Notes: a model not told the origin generated them from the letters alone. A stretch of 64,000 nt of DNA from Ranitomeya imitator (GCF_032444005.1 NC_091288.1:8556001-8620000), one strand, 5' to 3'; positions 37,607-50,250 are shown, numbered from the stretch's first letter. A program made the numbers and translations.

Positions 37607-38505
37607 TTGGTGCCCAAGGCAGTGGGTCTCCAAATGTGCCGCGTGTCTGGGCAGTACAATAACATGACATAGTAAGGAGGGAGCGAGATGTTCATGGAGC
37701 TAGAGTAGAGATGACCTCCATGGAGCCTTCTGCTCCAAACACCCAAATGACCAGCTCCACTGGCCACAGAGCAATGAGAAAGACGGGATCAGCCGTGATA
37801 GCTGGTAGGAAGCGTGGAGAGAAGTATGGCGTCTCATCCGGCCGCCCCTGTGGGGAGCGACATTGTGTAACGCTGATTATTCTCAGGATCTCATCTGACC
37901 GTTTTGTTGCTGAACTTTTGTGCAGATTCTTCATGGAAAATAAACTGAAGCGATCTCCGGAATGAGATATGACAGATTCAGAAAACAATCGGATCCCATT
38001 TGGGGGCAAAGGGAAATCTTAGACTATGGAGGTGAAGCAGAGGACTTCTTCCTGACAGCGGCACAAAGTACAATGATGGAAGCTACATCCAGACTCCACA
38101 CGGCGGCTCATCCTCCAATGACGTAAGCAGACGTGGGAACATCATGTCCTGCTATAGTCCTAGTGTGAATGAGCGCCTTCACCGGGCACAGGGTAGTCTC
38201 AGATCCCGCAGCGTGACAATCTCAATATTGGCTTCCATTCTGCCCTCCAGAGGGAATACTCCAGCCGGGTGCAGACCCGCACTAACAGCACGATCCTTGG
38301 CACCCCGCAGACCTCCAGGAGCGGACCCCGCTCAGTGATGTCATCACCCACTTTGGCCTCAGCCCCCCGGTGTGTAGACAATGTCAGGTTCAGTTACATT
38401 GACCGCTAACAGGTTCTACAAAAGGATTTTGGGGACCCATGAAATAGATGTGACTTCCTCCGGGGACAAACCGACGAGCGGGAAACAGGTACGATCTCCT
38501 GAGAA

Positions 38506-38790
38506 ATGACAGACAGCAGTGTGAGGGTCTTCTCAGACAGACAGCAGTGCGAGGGGCTTCTCAGACATACAGCAGTTTGAGGGTCTTCTCTGACAGACAG
38601 CAGTGTGAGGGTCTTCTCAGACAGACAGCAGTGCGAGGGGCTTCTCAGACATACAGCAGTTTGAGGGTCTTCTCTGACAGACAGCAGTGCGAGGGGCTTT
38701 TCAGACATACAGCAGTTTGAGGGGCTTTTCTCTGACAGACAGCAGTGTGGGGGGCTTCTCAGACAGACAGCAGTATGGGGGACTGAACCT
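38506..38790. repeat. About 28-bp minisatellite (GACAGACAGCAGTGTGAGGGTCTTCTC variants)
   Basis: Direct inspection. Confidence 0.85.
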
Positions 38791-39182
38791 GAATCTCCTG
38801 GGACGTTTATAGGGAGAGGTGAGGACTGGATCCCCGCGGCTCGTCACAACATGGGATCGTCGCAATGTAGCACAAGGAGATGCAACACAATGTGCTGCAA
38901 CTGTAACCAGAACCCCCCGACAATCCGACCATGGAGGGGGGCAGCCAAGAGAGTCATAGGGGGTCTCCAGAGACAAGTCCCAAAATAACATGATATTATG
39001 TAATTGTGCCAGATGAGTGATAACAAGGAGTGACAGACAAGATTCCCCGGTCCTAGACTCCTCTTCTGCCTGACCTGTAATGGCTGATAACAGAAAGTAA
39101 TCGATAATATTCGCATTTCTTATATTCATTTTCTTTCTGGCCTGAAATTCAAGTGAAAAATGTGGGCAACAGACTGTAGGTC

Positions 39183-42100
39183 TTTTATTAAATAAAAATA
39201 CTTCACGTGACACTAACTATGATACATTACAAATAAAACACAACAGAACAAAACATAAGAACAAAGCTCCAATCAGACGACAACAAACGACAAAAATCAC
39301 AAAGAAATAAACCAGAAATGGAACCAAAATGGAGAAAGTTCATGACCTACAAAACAGGGACAAGAAAGAAAAATTCCAATAAAATAAAGACAGCAAAACT
39401 AAAAGACAACAAACAAAATACTCATAACTTACGTGAATACCGTAAAAAATTATAAATAATAAATAGTATAAAATCATGTAAGATTCCCGGCCCAGCTTCA
39501 TTCATACTACTATATACAACCCCAACTACATTCACACCGTCCTATATACAATATTATATACAATATATACACTATAAACACATTATACTAAACCAAATAT
39601 TATACAACACCGCAAACACAACAAAACCCTGCTGGTCCCACTGCCTCACCTTACAGCCCCCCTTACACCACCACATTCACCCTACAACAAACCTAAACAC
39701 AACACAGTGTACAAAATTAACATGTTTTTTGTTTTCCTTTATTATATATTTTTTTCCATTTTCAAATTTTTTTTAATTTTTTTTTAATATATATACACAC
39801 ACCTACTCTAACTATCCCGCCACCCCTGATCCAGCTCTGGCCACAAAGTTCAGGAATCATCCGAGCTAGGATCAGGCCCCAAAGTTTTTCCCCAGGCGGG
39901 GCCTGGGCCAGGCCAGATCAGTCTCTTATCACCGCCGTTGAACCCCCCAACCCCCCACCCAACCTAACTAAGACCCTCTATTATACACACTATATACAAT
40001 ACACTATATACAATATATACATAAACCAACATCACAGAACACAACCTACATTCTCACCACCCGAGGCTCAAGTTCGATGCCTGCAAACCTTCTATTCAGG
40101 GAACAGAAATACAAAACAAAAATCTAGGGTGTAAAGATATCAGCCCACCACCAGGATATAGAAGCGCTAACGGACTAAGGCACCCTGAAGGAGAAACCCC
40201 TCCAGAGATGGGTCGCCCTCCGGGCACCCAGTCCTCCGCACTCCAGAGAACGCACCTTCACCTGGGCACCTAGGATGCTGCTACAAACTTCTTCTACATG
40301 GAGGATTTTACTCTGCGTCGAAACTAAAACTCGTGCGTTCCACGTGAAATACCTGACCACTGCGCTAAGAATAAAGTGGCTCGGTCCCTTCTCCCGAGGT
40401 CTCTGAACGCTCCATAGGCCCACTCGGCATAGGACAGAGTGGCCAGCCGCGGCCAACCAATGGAAGCGCCCACCCCGTTGTACACCTCTGTATTAAAGGG
40501 ACAATGAAGCAGGAAGTGCTCCATGCTTTCCAGCATGGTAGCGCAAGCCTCACCGGGACAATTCCTGTCCACGGAGCTCCTGTACTACAAATTGTCCCTC
40601 ACATACAACTTACCTTGGAAGCAGCGCCAAGTCAAGTCCCAATACTTCTTGGGGATCCTGCTAGAATTTAACAAACTCAACCCAACCTCTAGATCCCGAC
40701 TCGGGCAGTCCCTGAGGACCAATGGTTTTTGAAAATGCGAAAGCAAGACCCGCATGTTGAGGAGTTTCCTCGGGAGGGACCTCACTTCCCACATTCCCAG
40801 ACCCCACCGACGCATCATTTTCAGAACTGGGGTAACATAAGCCGGGAGATGCCCGTGGGGTGTGCGAAGATCCTTCAATCTTCCCCCTGTCTCCCATTCC
40901 TGGAAGAAAGGCTGAAACCATCCCTTGCAGGAGAATACCCACGGAGGAGCCCTCTCCTTCCAGAGGTTTGCCACAATAACTTTCAAAAAGGTGTTCACTA
41001 GGAACACCATGGGGTTCACCATATTCAACCCCCCTAGTCTCGTGTGATAAGTGACCTCCCGTTTGACTAGGTTTAGTCTATTCACCCATAACATCTGGAA
41101 GAACAGACTGTAGACCCGTGTCCAGAAAGGCTCCGGCAAGACACAGACGCTGCCCAGGTAGATTAGCAAGGGGAGCAGGAAAGCTTTGCACAGGTCAACC
41201 CTTTCCCTCAGGGTCAAAGACCAACCCTTCCATTGGTCCTCTCTTTGGGCGACATCTTTGATTCTGCCTTCCCAGTTTTTCGTGGGGTAATCACCCTGGC
41301 CAAATTCAATGCCTAGGACTTTGGCATGTTCTTGGGGTTCGGGGAGGGTGTCCAGAAGATCAAACGCGGGATCCCCGCCTCCCAGCCAGAGACTCTCACA
41401 CTTGTCCTGGTTGACCTTGGACCCGGATGCCTCCGAGTAGCTCTCCACTTCTGACATCTCCACCATTGCCTCCCCTTGCGAAGAAACAAAGAAGGTGACG
41501 TCGTCCGCGTAGGCCACTACCCTCAGGATAGCCTCCGGCGCCACCCCGCCCATCCTCACCCCCGCCAACGGTCTACAATCGACCCTTCTAAGGAAGGGAT
41601 TGATCGCAAATGCGTAAAGAAAAGGGCTAAGAGGGCAGCCCTGGCGGACACCAGATCCTACCCCAAAAGGTTGTCCAATCCACCCGTTTACCAGAGGGAA
41701 TGTCTCAGCCCCTGCGTACAAGGTCTTAAGTCAGTCAACAAACCGTCCAGGCAGACCATACCTCAAAGGAGTGGACCAGAGATACTCGTGGTTGACCCGA
41801 TCAAAGGCTTTTGCCTGATCCAGGGTCAGCAAGAACCCCTTCCAAAGGCCCACCGTGCCCCGCTCCACGGCCTCTCGGACACCCAGAACAGCACAAAGTG
41901 CTACGGCCAGGAACGCAACAGTGCTGGGCCTCCGAAAGGAGCCGTGGTGCAAACTTCACCAGCCTCTTGAAGAGTATTTTAGCCAAAACCTTCCTGTCCA
42001 CATTGAGATGTGATATGGGACGCCAATTCTCAATGCGTGACGGATCCTTACCCTTTGACAAAATGATCAAAGCCGACCTCCTTAATGATCTCGGCAGAGT

Positions 42101-44070
42101 GCCCGAGGAGAGACACTCATTAAACACCTGAGTCAAGAGGGGGACCAAGGAGTCCCTAAAGGTCTTAAAGAACTCGGATGTTAAGCCATCCGGACCTGGC
42201 GATTTTTTTGGGCCGGAGCCCATCAATCGCCAGTCTCACTTCCTCTTCTTTCATCGCTTCTGTCAAAACGCCCAGCGAGAGGTCAGCCCCTGGCTCAGGA
42301 ACAGCTTCAGCCAGGAAAGCCGACATCCTATCACAATCCAGTTCCTTCCTTCCCAAGAGGTGCGAGTAGTATGAACTGACGACCTCCAAGATCCCTGATC
42401 TGGACCTTCTCAGGGATCCCGTACTGTCCATCAGCCCTGTCACCATCTTACTATTCACTGACATCTTGCAGCTTCTGTAAGGGTTGGGTGAGTAGTACTT
42501 CCCGTAGTCCCTCTCAAAAACCAAAGATGCGTGCCTATCGTACTGACACCTCTTTAGCAAGGATTTCACACTGGAGATCGCCTCGCGGCTACCCCCAGTC
42601 GAGACAAGATGCTCGAGTTTCCTCCTCAGACTCTGATACAGGCGATCCCTGTTCAGGCTTCTGAGGTTCGAGAATTGGCGGAAGAATCTCGCCACCCGAT
42701 GTTTGAACATCTCCCACCACTCAGACTTAGTGTTACTTAGGCCCAGCAGCGGTACCTGGCTCTGAAGAAATTCCTCAAAGGACCGTCTTACAGCTTCTTC
42801 CTCAAGGAGTGACGAATTCAGCTTCCAATAACCTCTTCCCATCCGAGGAGTCTCTGTAACGCTCAGAGAAAACTTAATCAAACAGTGATCGGAGAATTCC
42901 ACCTCCACAACCGACAACGGCGAGGAGACGGCCTCCTCCTTCAAATAAAACCTGTCTATCCTAGACCTGCACTGACTACCTCTAAAAAAGGTGAACCCCG
43001 CGTGGCCTGTGTTGTGCCGGATGTGGACATCCACCAGGCGTGCCTCACTTACTATCCTATTTAGCGCGACGCAATCGTAAGCCAGCCGGTCTCCAGAACC
43101 TCCTCTATCACAGGGTCTCGTGACGTTGTTGAAATCCCCTCCAAAGACCACCTGCCGGCTCGAAAATAAGAAAGGTTTGATCTTCATGAAGAGACACTTG
43201 CGGTCCCACTTGGACTGGGGACCGTAGATGTTAATGAGCCGAAGCTCCTGTCCCCCCATGGAGACATCTAGGATCAAGCATCTCCCCATTTCTAACTCGA
43301 TCAATCGTCTGCATTCAACCGCTGCATTCTTAAAAAGGACTGCCACCCGCTATACGGCTCGGCCGCAAGAGACCAGTAGGAGGGCCCGTGCCTCCACTCC
43401 CACCTTGCTTTATGCATGGTTGATAAGTCGGTCAACCTGGTCTCCTGCAAAAACAAAATGTCGGCGTCAAGTTGGCCGAGAAAATCAAAGGCCGTATACC
43501 TTGCCGCTTCTGACTTTATGCTGGCAATATTAATGGTTGCCAGCATCAACGGGGTGGGTGCCGCCATCATGATTGATTGAATTAGATAGCCTTTTTCTTC
43601 CCACCCCCAACAGTTTCACCCTCTTCCTCTGACAATGATGAGTTTTTAGAGCGCTTAAGACAAACAGACTCATTCATTCTCTTCTTACATACACTCTGGC
43701 CCTTGTCTGGTGGTCCTGAGGTAGTCTCCCCCCAGAAGGCTTTGTATTTGCCCCCTGAGAAGAAGACCCAGCGACCCCCTGGGCCCCAACAACCTTGTCC
43801 GCAACCTCCGGCCCCGGGTCCCCATCGCCCCCTTCTGGAGGGGAGTCCTGGAGGGCCCGGAACCAGTTAGAGAGATCCACCAGAGGGGGGGCGGCTGGAC
43901 CTTCCAATGGCACCTGGATCAGGGCTACGGAGTCAGAGGGGTCGCACTCCAAGGAGGAGACTCGAGGCCCGGACCCCCTCTTATCCTTAGAACAACAGCT
44001 TGTATGTACTCGCACGGTGACATGAGAAGGGGCAGACAGGCGGGGGGCCGCTAAATCCTCCGGTCCTGTT
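39183..44070 (-). mobile_element. 5'-truncated Tx1/L1-clade non-LTR retrotransposon with disrupted ORF2, ORF1 3' end and about 1.1-kb 3' UTR
   Basis: APE endonuclease (TINIAS, LQET, GGDFN, SRIDRFY, SDH), RT (PGPDG, NWRPIS, DQAKAFD, GVRQGCPLSP, YADD) and C-terminal EHFLLHCP. ORF1-like end KRSK..GGGKKKAI* just before the ORF2 ATG (43570); AATAAA at 39184-39189. Confidence 0.92.
40280..43570 (-). pseudogene. LINE ORF2 (EN-RT) broken by at least 5 frameshifts or stops
   Basis: Frame changes near 43346, 42200 and 41890; stops near 41731 and 40585. Confidence 0.88.
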
Positions 44071-44179
44071 CTAATTCTGGAGCTCGTGTTTCTATATCGG
44101 GATCATTATTGATCGACAGGATGAAAACAGACAAAGCAATAAGTAAGTCAATTAGCTCTAACAGAATCCTCGCCGCCCT

Positions 44180-44830
44180 GTCACCAGCCACCAGACATCC
44201 CCCCGGTCACCAGCTGCCCCCCCAGTCACCAGGCGACCCCCCAGTCACCTGATACCCTCTGGTTACCAGTCGCCCGCCTGGGTCACCGGTCATCAGCCGC
44301 CCCCCGGGGTCACCTGCTTCCCCCTCGGTCACCAGCCTTCCCCCTGGTCACCAGGCGCCTGCCCAGTCCCAGTCACCATCTGCCCCGGTCACCTGCCACC
44401 CTCTCAGTCACCTGCCGCCCCCCCAGTCACTAGGCATCACCCCAGTCGCGGTCACCATCTGCCTCAGTCATCAGCCGCCCCCCAGTCCTGGTCACTATCC
44501 CCCCCCGGCCACCAGCCGCCCCTTGGTCACCAGCTGCCCCCGGTCACCTGACACCCCTTCAGTCAACAGCCGCCCCCCCAGTCACCTGCTACCCCTTCGG
44601 TCACCAGCTGCCACCCGGTCACCAGGCGCACCTCTTGTCCCGGTCACCATTCGCCCCTGGTCACCAGCAACCCCTTGGTCAAAACAAGCCGCCCCCGGTC
44701 ACCAGCTAGCTCCTGGTCACCAGCCGCCCCCCAGTCACCAGGCGTCACCCCAGTCCTGGTCACCTGCCGCCCCCTCCAGTCACCAGGCGTTAACCCAGTC
44801 CCAGTCACCATCCGATCCCCAGCCACAGCT
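44180..44830. repeat. Degenerate C-rich minisatellite (GGTCACCAGCCGCCCCC variants)
   Basis: Direct inspection. Confidence 0.8.
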
Positions 44831-45685
44831 GTCTCCAGATGTTTATTGACTTTACTTTGTGTCTAACCTCTAATATCCTGCGATCAGCAATCACTGTAAA
44901 TAGAGCAGCGCCCCCTGCTGAAACCATCACTAGATCCAGGTCCATGTCTGTATGGACCTCATACACCGGGCACAGTCATGGGGGGCAGATAAGAGTCTTC
45001 CCCAAACTGTTCCCACAAAGCTGAAGCTACCATCTTCATCTACAGGAAAGAGTGAAAGTGACGTGCTGCAGTGACACCTGCAGGTGAGGGGAGGTGCTGC
45101 GCTGTCAGCTGCATACAATGATGGGGATTGTTGTTCCTTTCAGGTCAGGTCCATAATGTCCATCCTATAATCCTGCTGACCCAGAAGACGGCAGAGACCC
45201 TTGTGAGGGGGACGGTGATGATTATTTTATAATCTATCCCTGCAAGTCAGACGTTCAGTAACAAATCTAACTTCCCATTATAAAGTTACCGGAGCTGTAC
45301 AGAAGGGTAAAGTGACAACCGCGGCGGCCGCCATGCTAGTTACTTTGTCACCTTGATTCCAGTAGATCCAGCTTTCCCCGGTGCGGATAGTAATGAGATA
45401 AATGTGAATACCACTTTAATATCCAGATAAACTGATGACTTATATCTGATGGGGGTTATATTATATTTCATTGGGGTGAGTAGTTACAATGTATAGGGCA
45501 GATTGGAGACGTCACCGCTACCAGCGATCAGTGATATGAGCGGCATCACTGCCCCCTGAACCAGGGGCAAAGATCAGCCTGAAGGGGGCGAAACACAACA
45601 GGGTCAGATTCTTGTCCTGATCCCTTGTAGGCAGCGAGCGGATTCCTGTCTGTTTCCTTCCTCTCTGGACGAGTTTTGCATTTAA

Positions 45686-46496
45686 AGGGAACCTGTCACC
45701 CCGTTTTTTGAGATTGAGCTATAAATACTGTTAAATAGGGCCTGCGCTGTGTGTTCCTATAGTGTATGTAGTGTACCCCGATTCCCCATGTATGCTGAGA
45801 AATAACTTACCAAAGTCGCCGTTTTCGCCTGTCAATCAGGCTGGTCAGGTCGGGAGGGCGTGGTGACATCGGTGGTTCTTCCTCAGCTTTACGTTGGTGG
45901 CGTAGTGGTGAACAAGCAGCGCGCGATCTGCGCTGTAATCCCTTGCATCGGTGGGGGCGGCCATCTTCCTGGGGCCGCGCGTGCGCAGATCGAGTGCTCT
46001 GCTGCACGGGGCTTCAGGAAAATGGCCGCGGGATGCCGCGCGTGCGCATTAGAGATCGCGGCGACCATTTTCCCAAAGCCGAGATGCAAACTCGGCTTTG
46101 GGAAAATGGCCGCCGCGATCTCTAATGCGCACGCGCGGCATCCCGCGGCCATTTTCCTGAAGCCCCGTGCAGCAGAGCACTCGATCTGCGCACGCGCGGC
46201 CCCAGGAAGATGGCCGCCCCCACCGATGCAAGGGATTACAGCGCAGATCGCGCGCTGTGTCTTCACCACTACGCCACTACGCCACCAACGTAAAGCTGAG
46301 GAAGAACCAGCGATGTCACCACGCCCTCCCGACCTGACCAGCCTGATTGACAGGCGAAAACGGCGACTTTGGTAAGTTATTTCTCAGCATACATAGGGAA
46401 TCGGGGTACACTACATACACTATAGGAACACACAGCGCAGGCCCTATTTAACAGTATTTATAGCTCAATCTCAAAAAACGGGGTGACAGGTTCCCT
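45686..46496. mobile_element. 811-bp almost fully palindromic Kolobok/T2-type MITE
   Basis: TTAA TSD (45682-45685 / 46497-46500); AGGGAACCTGTCA termini; arms meet at a 7-nt loop, 46084-46090. Confidence 0.92.
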
Positions 46497-46500
46497 TTAA

Positions 46501-46917
46501 GGCTTCTTTCACATTTCCGTCGGTACGGGGCAGTCGCAAACTGTCGGCCCGTCGTACCAACGGACGTTGTGCAAATAGTGCACAACGTGGGCAGCAGATG
46601 CAGTTTTCAGACGCATCCGCTGCCAATTATGAGTTCCGGGGAGGAGGGGCAGAGCTTCGGCTGCACATGCGCGGTCGAAAATGGCGGAGGCGTCACACAA
46701 AAAAACTTTACATTGAACTTTTTTTGTGACGACAGTCTGCCAATTACCGACGCATCCAGTGCACGACGTATGGAACGTGTGTCCATACGTCGCGATGCAT
46801 CAGTAATACAAGTCTATGTGCAAAAAACGCATCATGCGGGCAACTTTGCAGAATGCGTTTTTTGCACAGAACGACGCATTGTGACGTCTTTATAAAGACG
46901 GAAGTGTGAAAGAGCCC
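46501..46917. mobile_element. Harbinger-type MITE abutting the T2 MITE
   Basis: GGCTTCTTTCAC / GTGAAAGAGCCC ends; TAA duplicated (46498-46500 / 46918-46920). Confidence 0.8.
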
Positions 46918-47134
46918 TAAAAGAGCAGTGAATAATAAGAGAGCGGATGGCAGGATGCGCCCAGTACAGCGGCCATCACTCCGCACCATCCTGTGGGCGA
47001 TCACTGATCAGGGGGCTTCAGTGTGACTGCAGCGCCACCTAGTGCTGACAGCGCTCATTACAGCAGATCTCCATATGGCCGGTGACCTTCCCTCATGAGG
47101 TCGGCTGCTTGTTATAAATGTGTAGAATTCATTA

Positions 47135-47297
47135 TATTATTATTATTATTATACATTTTTATAGCGCCATTTATTCCATGGCGCTTTACATGTGAATACG
47201 GGGCAAATATAGACAAATACATTAAACATGAGCAGATAACAAGGCACACGAGTACATAAGGAGGGAGGACCCTGCCCGCGAGGGCTCACAGTCTGCA
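47135..47297 (-). mobile_element. L2-type 3' end fragment
   Basis: Minus strand AGACTGTGAGCCCTCGCGGGCAGGG, AGCGCCATGG..ATGGCGCT stem-loop, (TAA)n tail. Confidence 0.75.
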
Positions 47298-47338
47298 GAT
47301 AATCAGATAATAATTATATCTGCAGATAATCTCCGTTA

Positions 47339-47474
47339 GGCCGGTGTCATACTTGTGATGCGAGAAACTCCATAGAATTACATGCAGCCGCACGCTCCAC
47401 TCACGAGTGCCGGGTATTGTGGCGAGAGACTCGCGCAAGTTTCTCGCATTGCACACGCAAGTGTGACTCCGGCC
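47339..47474. mobile_element. Harbinger-type MITE
   Basis: GGCCGG termini; TTA TSD on both sides. Confidence 0.75.
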
Positions 47475-47744
47475 TTAGCAAAAAATAATCAACCCCTTAC
47501 AGATGCCGCCATTTCAACTTTAGCATTCTAAAAATGTTAGTAAAGGTATTTTTAGATTGTCGGGGCGAGAAAGGTGAGTCCGATTTTATAGCTTAGATAC
47601 GGGAATAAAATGTCCAGGACCTGAAGCGAGTGCGTGATCCATCGCAGCCCCCGACCCCACGGCTCAAATTGGAAGACTGAAATTGCATCTTAATATGTTC
47701 TTAGAACATAAGACACAGATGCATTGTTACAAGTGATTGGCGCT

Positions 47745-48090
47745 AAGACTCCGCGGTCTCCACTGAGGGTCTACACAGAGGGTCTCCACCGAGGATCTCC
47801 ACCGTGGGTCTACACAGAGGGTCTCCGCCGAGGGTCTCCACCGAGGGTCTCCGCCGAGGATCTCCACCGAGGGTCTCCTCCGTGGGTCTACACAAAGGGT
47901 CTCCACCGAGGGTCTCCGCCGATGGTCTCCACCAAAGGTCTCCACTGAGGGTCTCAACGGAGGGTCTCTGCCCAGGGTCTCCACCAAGGGTCTCCGCCGA
48001 GGGTCTCCAGAGGTGGTCTCCGCCGAGGGTCTCCACCAAGGGTCTCCACCGAGGGTCTCCGCCGAGGGTCTCCACCGAGGGTCTCCCCAC
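47745..48090. repeat. Minisatellite built on the GAGGGTCTCC(A/G)CC core
   Basis: Direct inspection. Confidence 0.85.
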
Positions 48091-48369
48091 CCCTGGACTG
48101 AAGGGAAGGTTTACATTTCCCCTTTATCGTATATTTAGGGCATGGCGGTGTTTATCGAGAGAGATATTATGATTTCACCTTTCCTCCATGTTCACACTTG
48201 TTTTACGGTTTATTATCCAGATTTTATCAGTGTTGGTTATTATTACAGAGATCTTTTGGTCCTCGATGTCTCCTTGGGGGCGGCGGTGACCGTGGACAAT
48301 GTTTGACAGCACCTCTCATGCGCCACTTTTTCCAGAAGAGAAAAAAAGCAAAGAGAAGTGATGACAAAG

Positions 48370-50250
48370 AGGAGGTGGACGAGGGGAGCCGGGCGAAAGG
48401 AGGAAGAGGAGCGGAGGTGGACGAAGGGAGCCAGGCGAGAGGAGGTAGAGGAGAGGAGGCGGACGAGGGAAGCTGGGCGAGAGGAGGCAGAGGAGAGGAG
48501 GTGGACAAGGGGAGCAAGGCGAGAGGAGGCAGAGGATAGGAGGTGGACGAGGGGAGCCGGGATAGAGGAGACAGAGGAGAAGAGGTGGACGAGGGGAGCT
48601 GGAAGAGAGGAGGCAGAGGAGAGGAGGTGGACGAGGGAAGCCGGGCGAGAGGAGGCACAGGAAAGGAGGTGGACGAGGGGAGCAGGGCGAGAGGAGACAG
48701 AGGAGAAGAGGTGGACGAGGGGAGCAGGGCAAGAGGAGGCAGAGGAGAGGAGATGGACGAGGGGAGCCGGGCGAGAGGAGGTGGACGAGGGGAGCCAGGC
48801 GAGAGGAGAAGAGGTGGACGAGGAGAGCAGGGCAAGAAGAGGAGAGGCGGTGGACGAGGGGAGCCGGGCGAGAGGAGGCAGAGGAGAAGAGGTGGATGAG
48901 GGGAGCAGGGCAAGAGGAGGCAGAGGAGAGGAGGTGGACGAGGGGAGCCGGGCGAGAGGAGGTGGACGAGGGGAGCCGGGTGAGAGAAGGCAGAGGAGAA
49001 GCCGGTGGACGAGGGGAGCCGGGCGAGAGGAGGTGGACGAGGGGAGTCGGGTGAGAGGAGACAGAGGAGAAGAGGTGGACAAGGGGAGCCGGGATAGAGG
49101 AGGTGGACGAGGGAAGGCGGGCGAGAGGAGGCAGAGGGGAGGAGGCGGAGACGAGGGGAGCCGGGCGAGAGGAGGCAGAGGAGAAGAGGTGGACGAGGGG
49201 GCCGGGTGAGAGGAGGCAGTGAAGAGGAGGCGGTCGAGGGGAGCCGGGCAAGAGGAGACAGAGGAGAAGGGGTGGACGAGGGGAGCCGGGCGAGAGGAGG
49301 CAGAGGAGAGGAGGTGGATGAGGGGAACCGGGCGAGTAGAGGCAGAGGAGAGGAGGTGGACGAGGGGAGCCGAGCGAGAGGAGGCAGAGGAGAAGAGGTG
49401 GATGAGGGGAACCGGGCGAGTAGAGGCAGAGGAGAGGAGGTGGACGAGGGGAGCCGGGCGAGAGGAGGCAGAGGAGAGGAGGTGGACGAGGGGAGCCGGG
49501 CGAGAGGAGGCAGAGGAGAGGAGGTGGACAAGGGGAGCCAGGCGAGAGGAGGAGGTGGACAAGGGGAGCCGGGCGAGAGGAGGCAGAGGAGAGGAGGTGG
49601 ACGAGGGGAGCTGGGCCAGAGGAGACAGAGGAGAAGAGGTGTATGAGGGGAGCCAGGCAAGAGGAGGCAGAGGAGAGGAGTTGGACGAGGGGAGCGGGCG
49701 AGAGGAGGCAGAGGAGAGGAGGTGGACGAGGGGAGCCGAGCGAGAGGAGGCAGAGGAGAAGAGGTTGACGAGGGGGCCGGGTGAGAGGAGTCAGTGAAGA
49801 GGAGGCGGTCGAGGGGAGCCGGGCAAGAGGAGACAGAGGAGAAGGGGTGGACGAGGGGAGCCGGGCGAGAGGAGGCAGAGGAGAGGAGGCGGACGAGGGG
49901 AGCTGAGCAAGAGGAGGCAGAGGAGAAGAGGTTGACGAGGGGGCCGGGTGAGAGGAGTCAGTGAAGAGGAGGCGGTCGAGGGGAGCCGGGCAAGAGGAGA
50001 CAGAGGAGAGGAGGTGGACGAGGGGAGCCGGGCGAGAGGAGACAGAGGAGAGGAGGTGGACAAGGGGAGCCGGGCGAAGGGAGGAGGTGGACGAGGGGAG
50101 CCGGGCGAGAGGAGGCAGAGGAGAGGAGGTGGACGAGGGGAGCCGGGCAAGAGGAGACAGAGGAGAAGAGGTGTATGAGGGGAGCCAGGCAAGAGGAGGC
50201 AGAAGAGAGGAGGAGGACTAGGGGAGCCGGGCGAGAGGAGGCAGAGGAGA
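48370..50250. repeat. Purine-rich tandem repeat, about 42-bp unit
   Basis: GAGGAGGCAGAGGAGAGGAGGTGGACGAGGGGAGCCGGGCGA; 14-aa periodic ORFs. Confidence 0.92.

Noticed and set aside
38150-38200. LCPVKAL peptide recalling DIRS tyrosine recombinases
   Set aside because: Isolated short match; no R-H-R-Y residues or other DIRS domains nearby.
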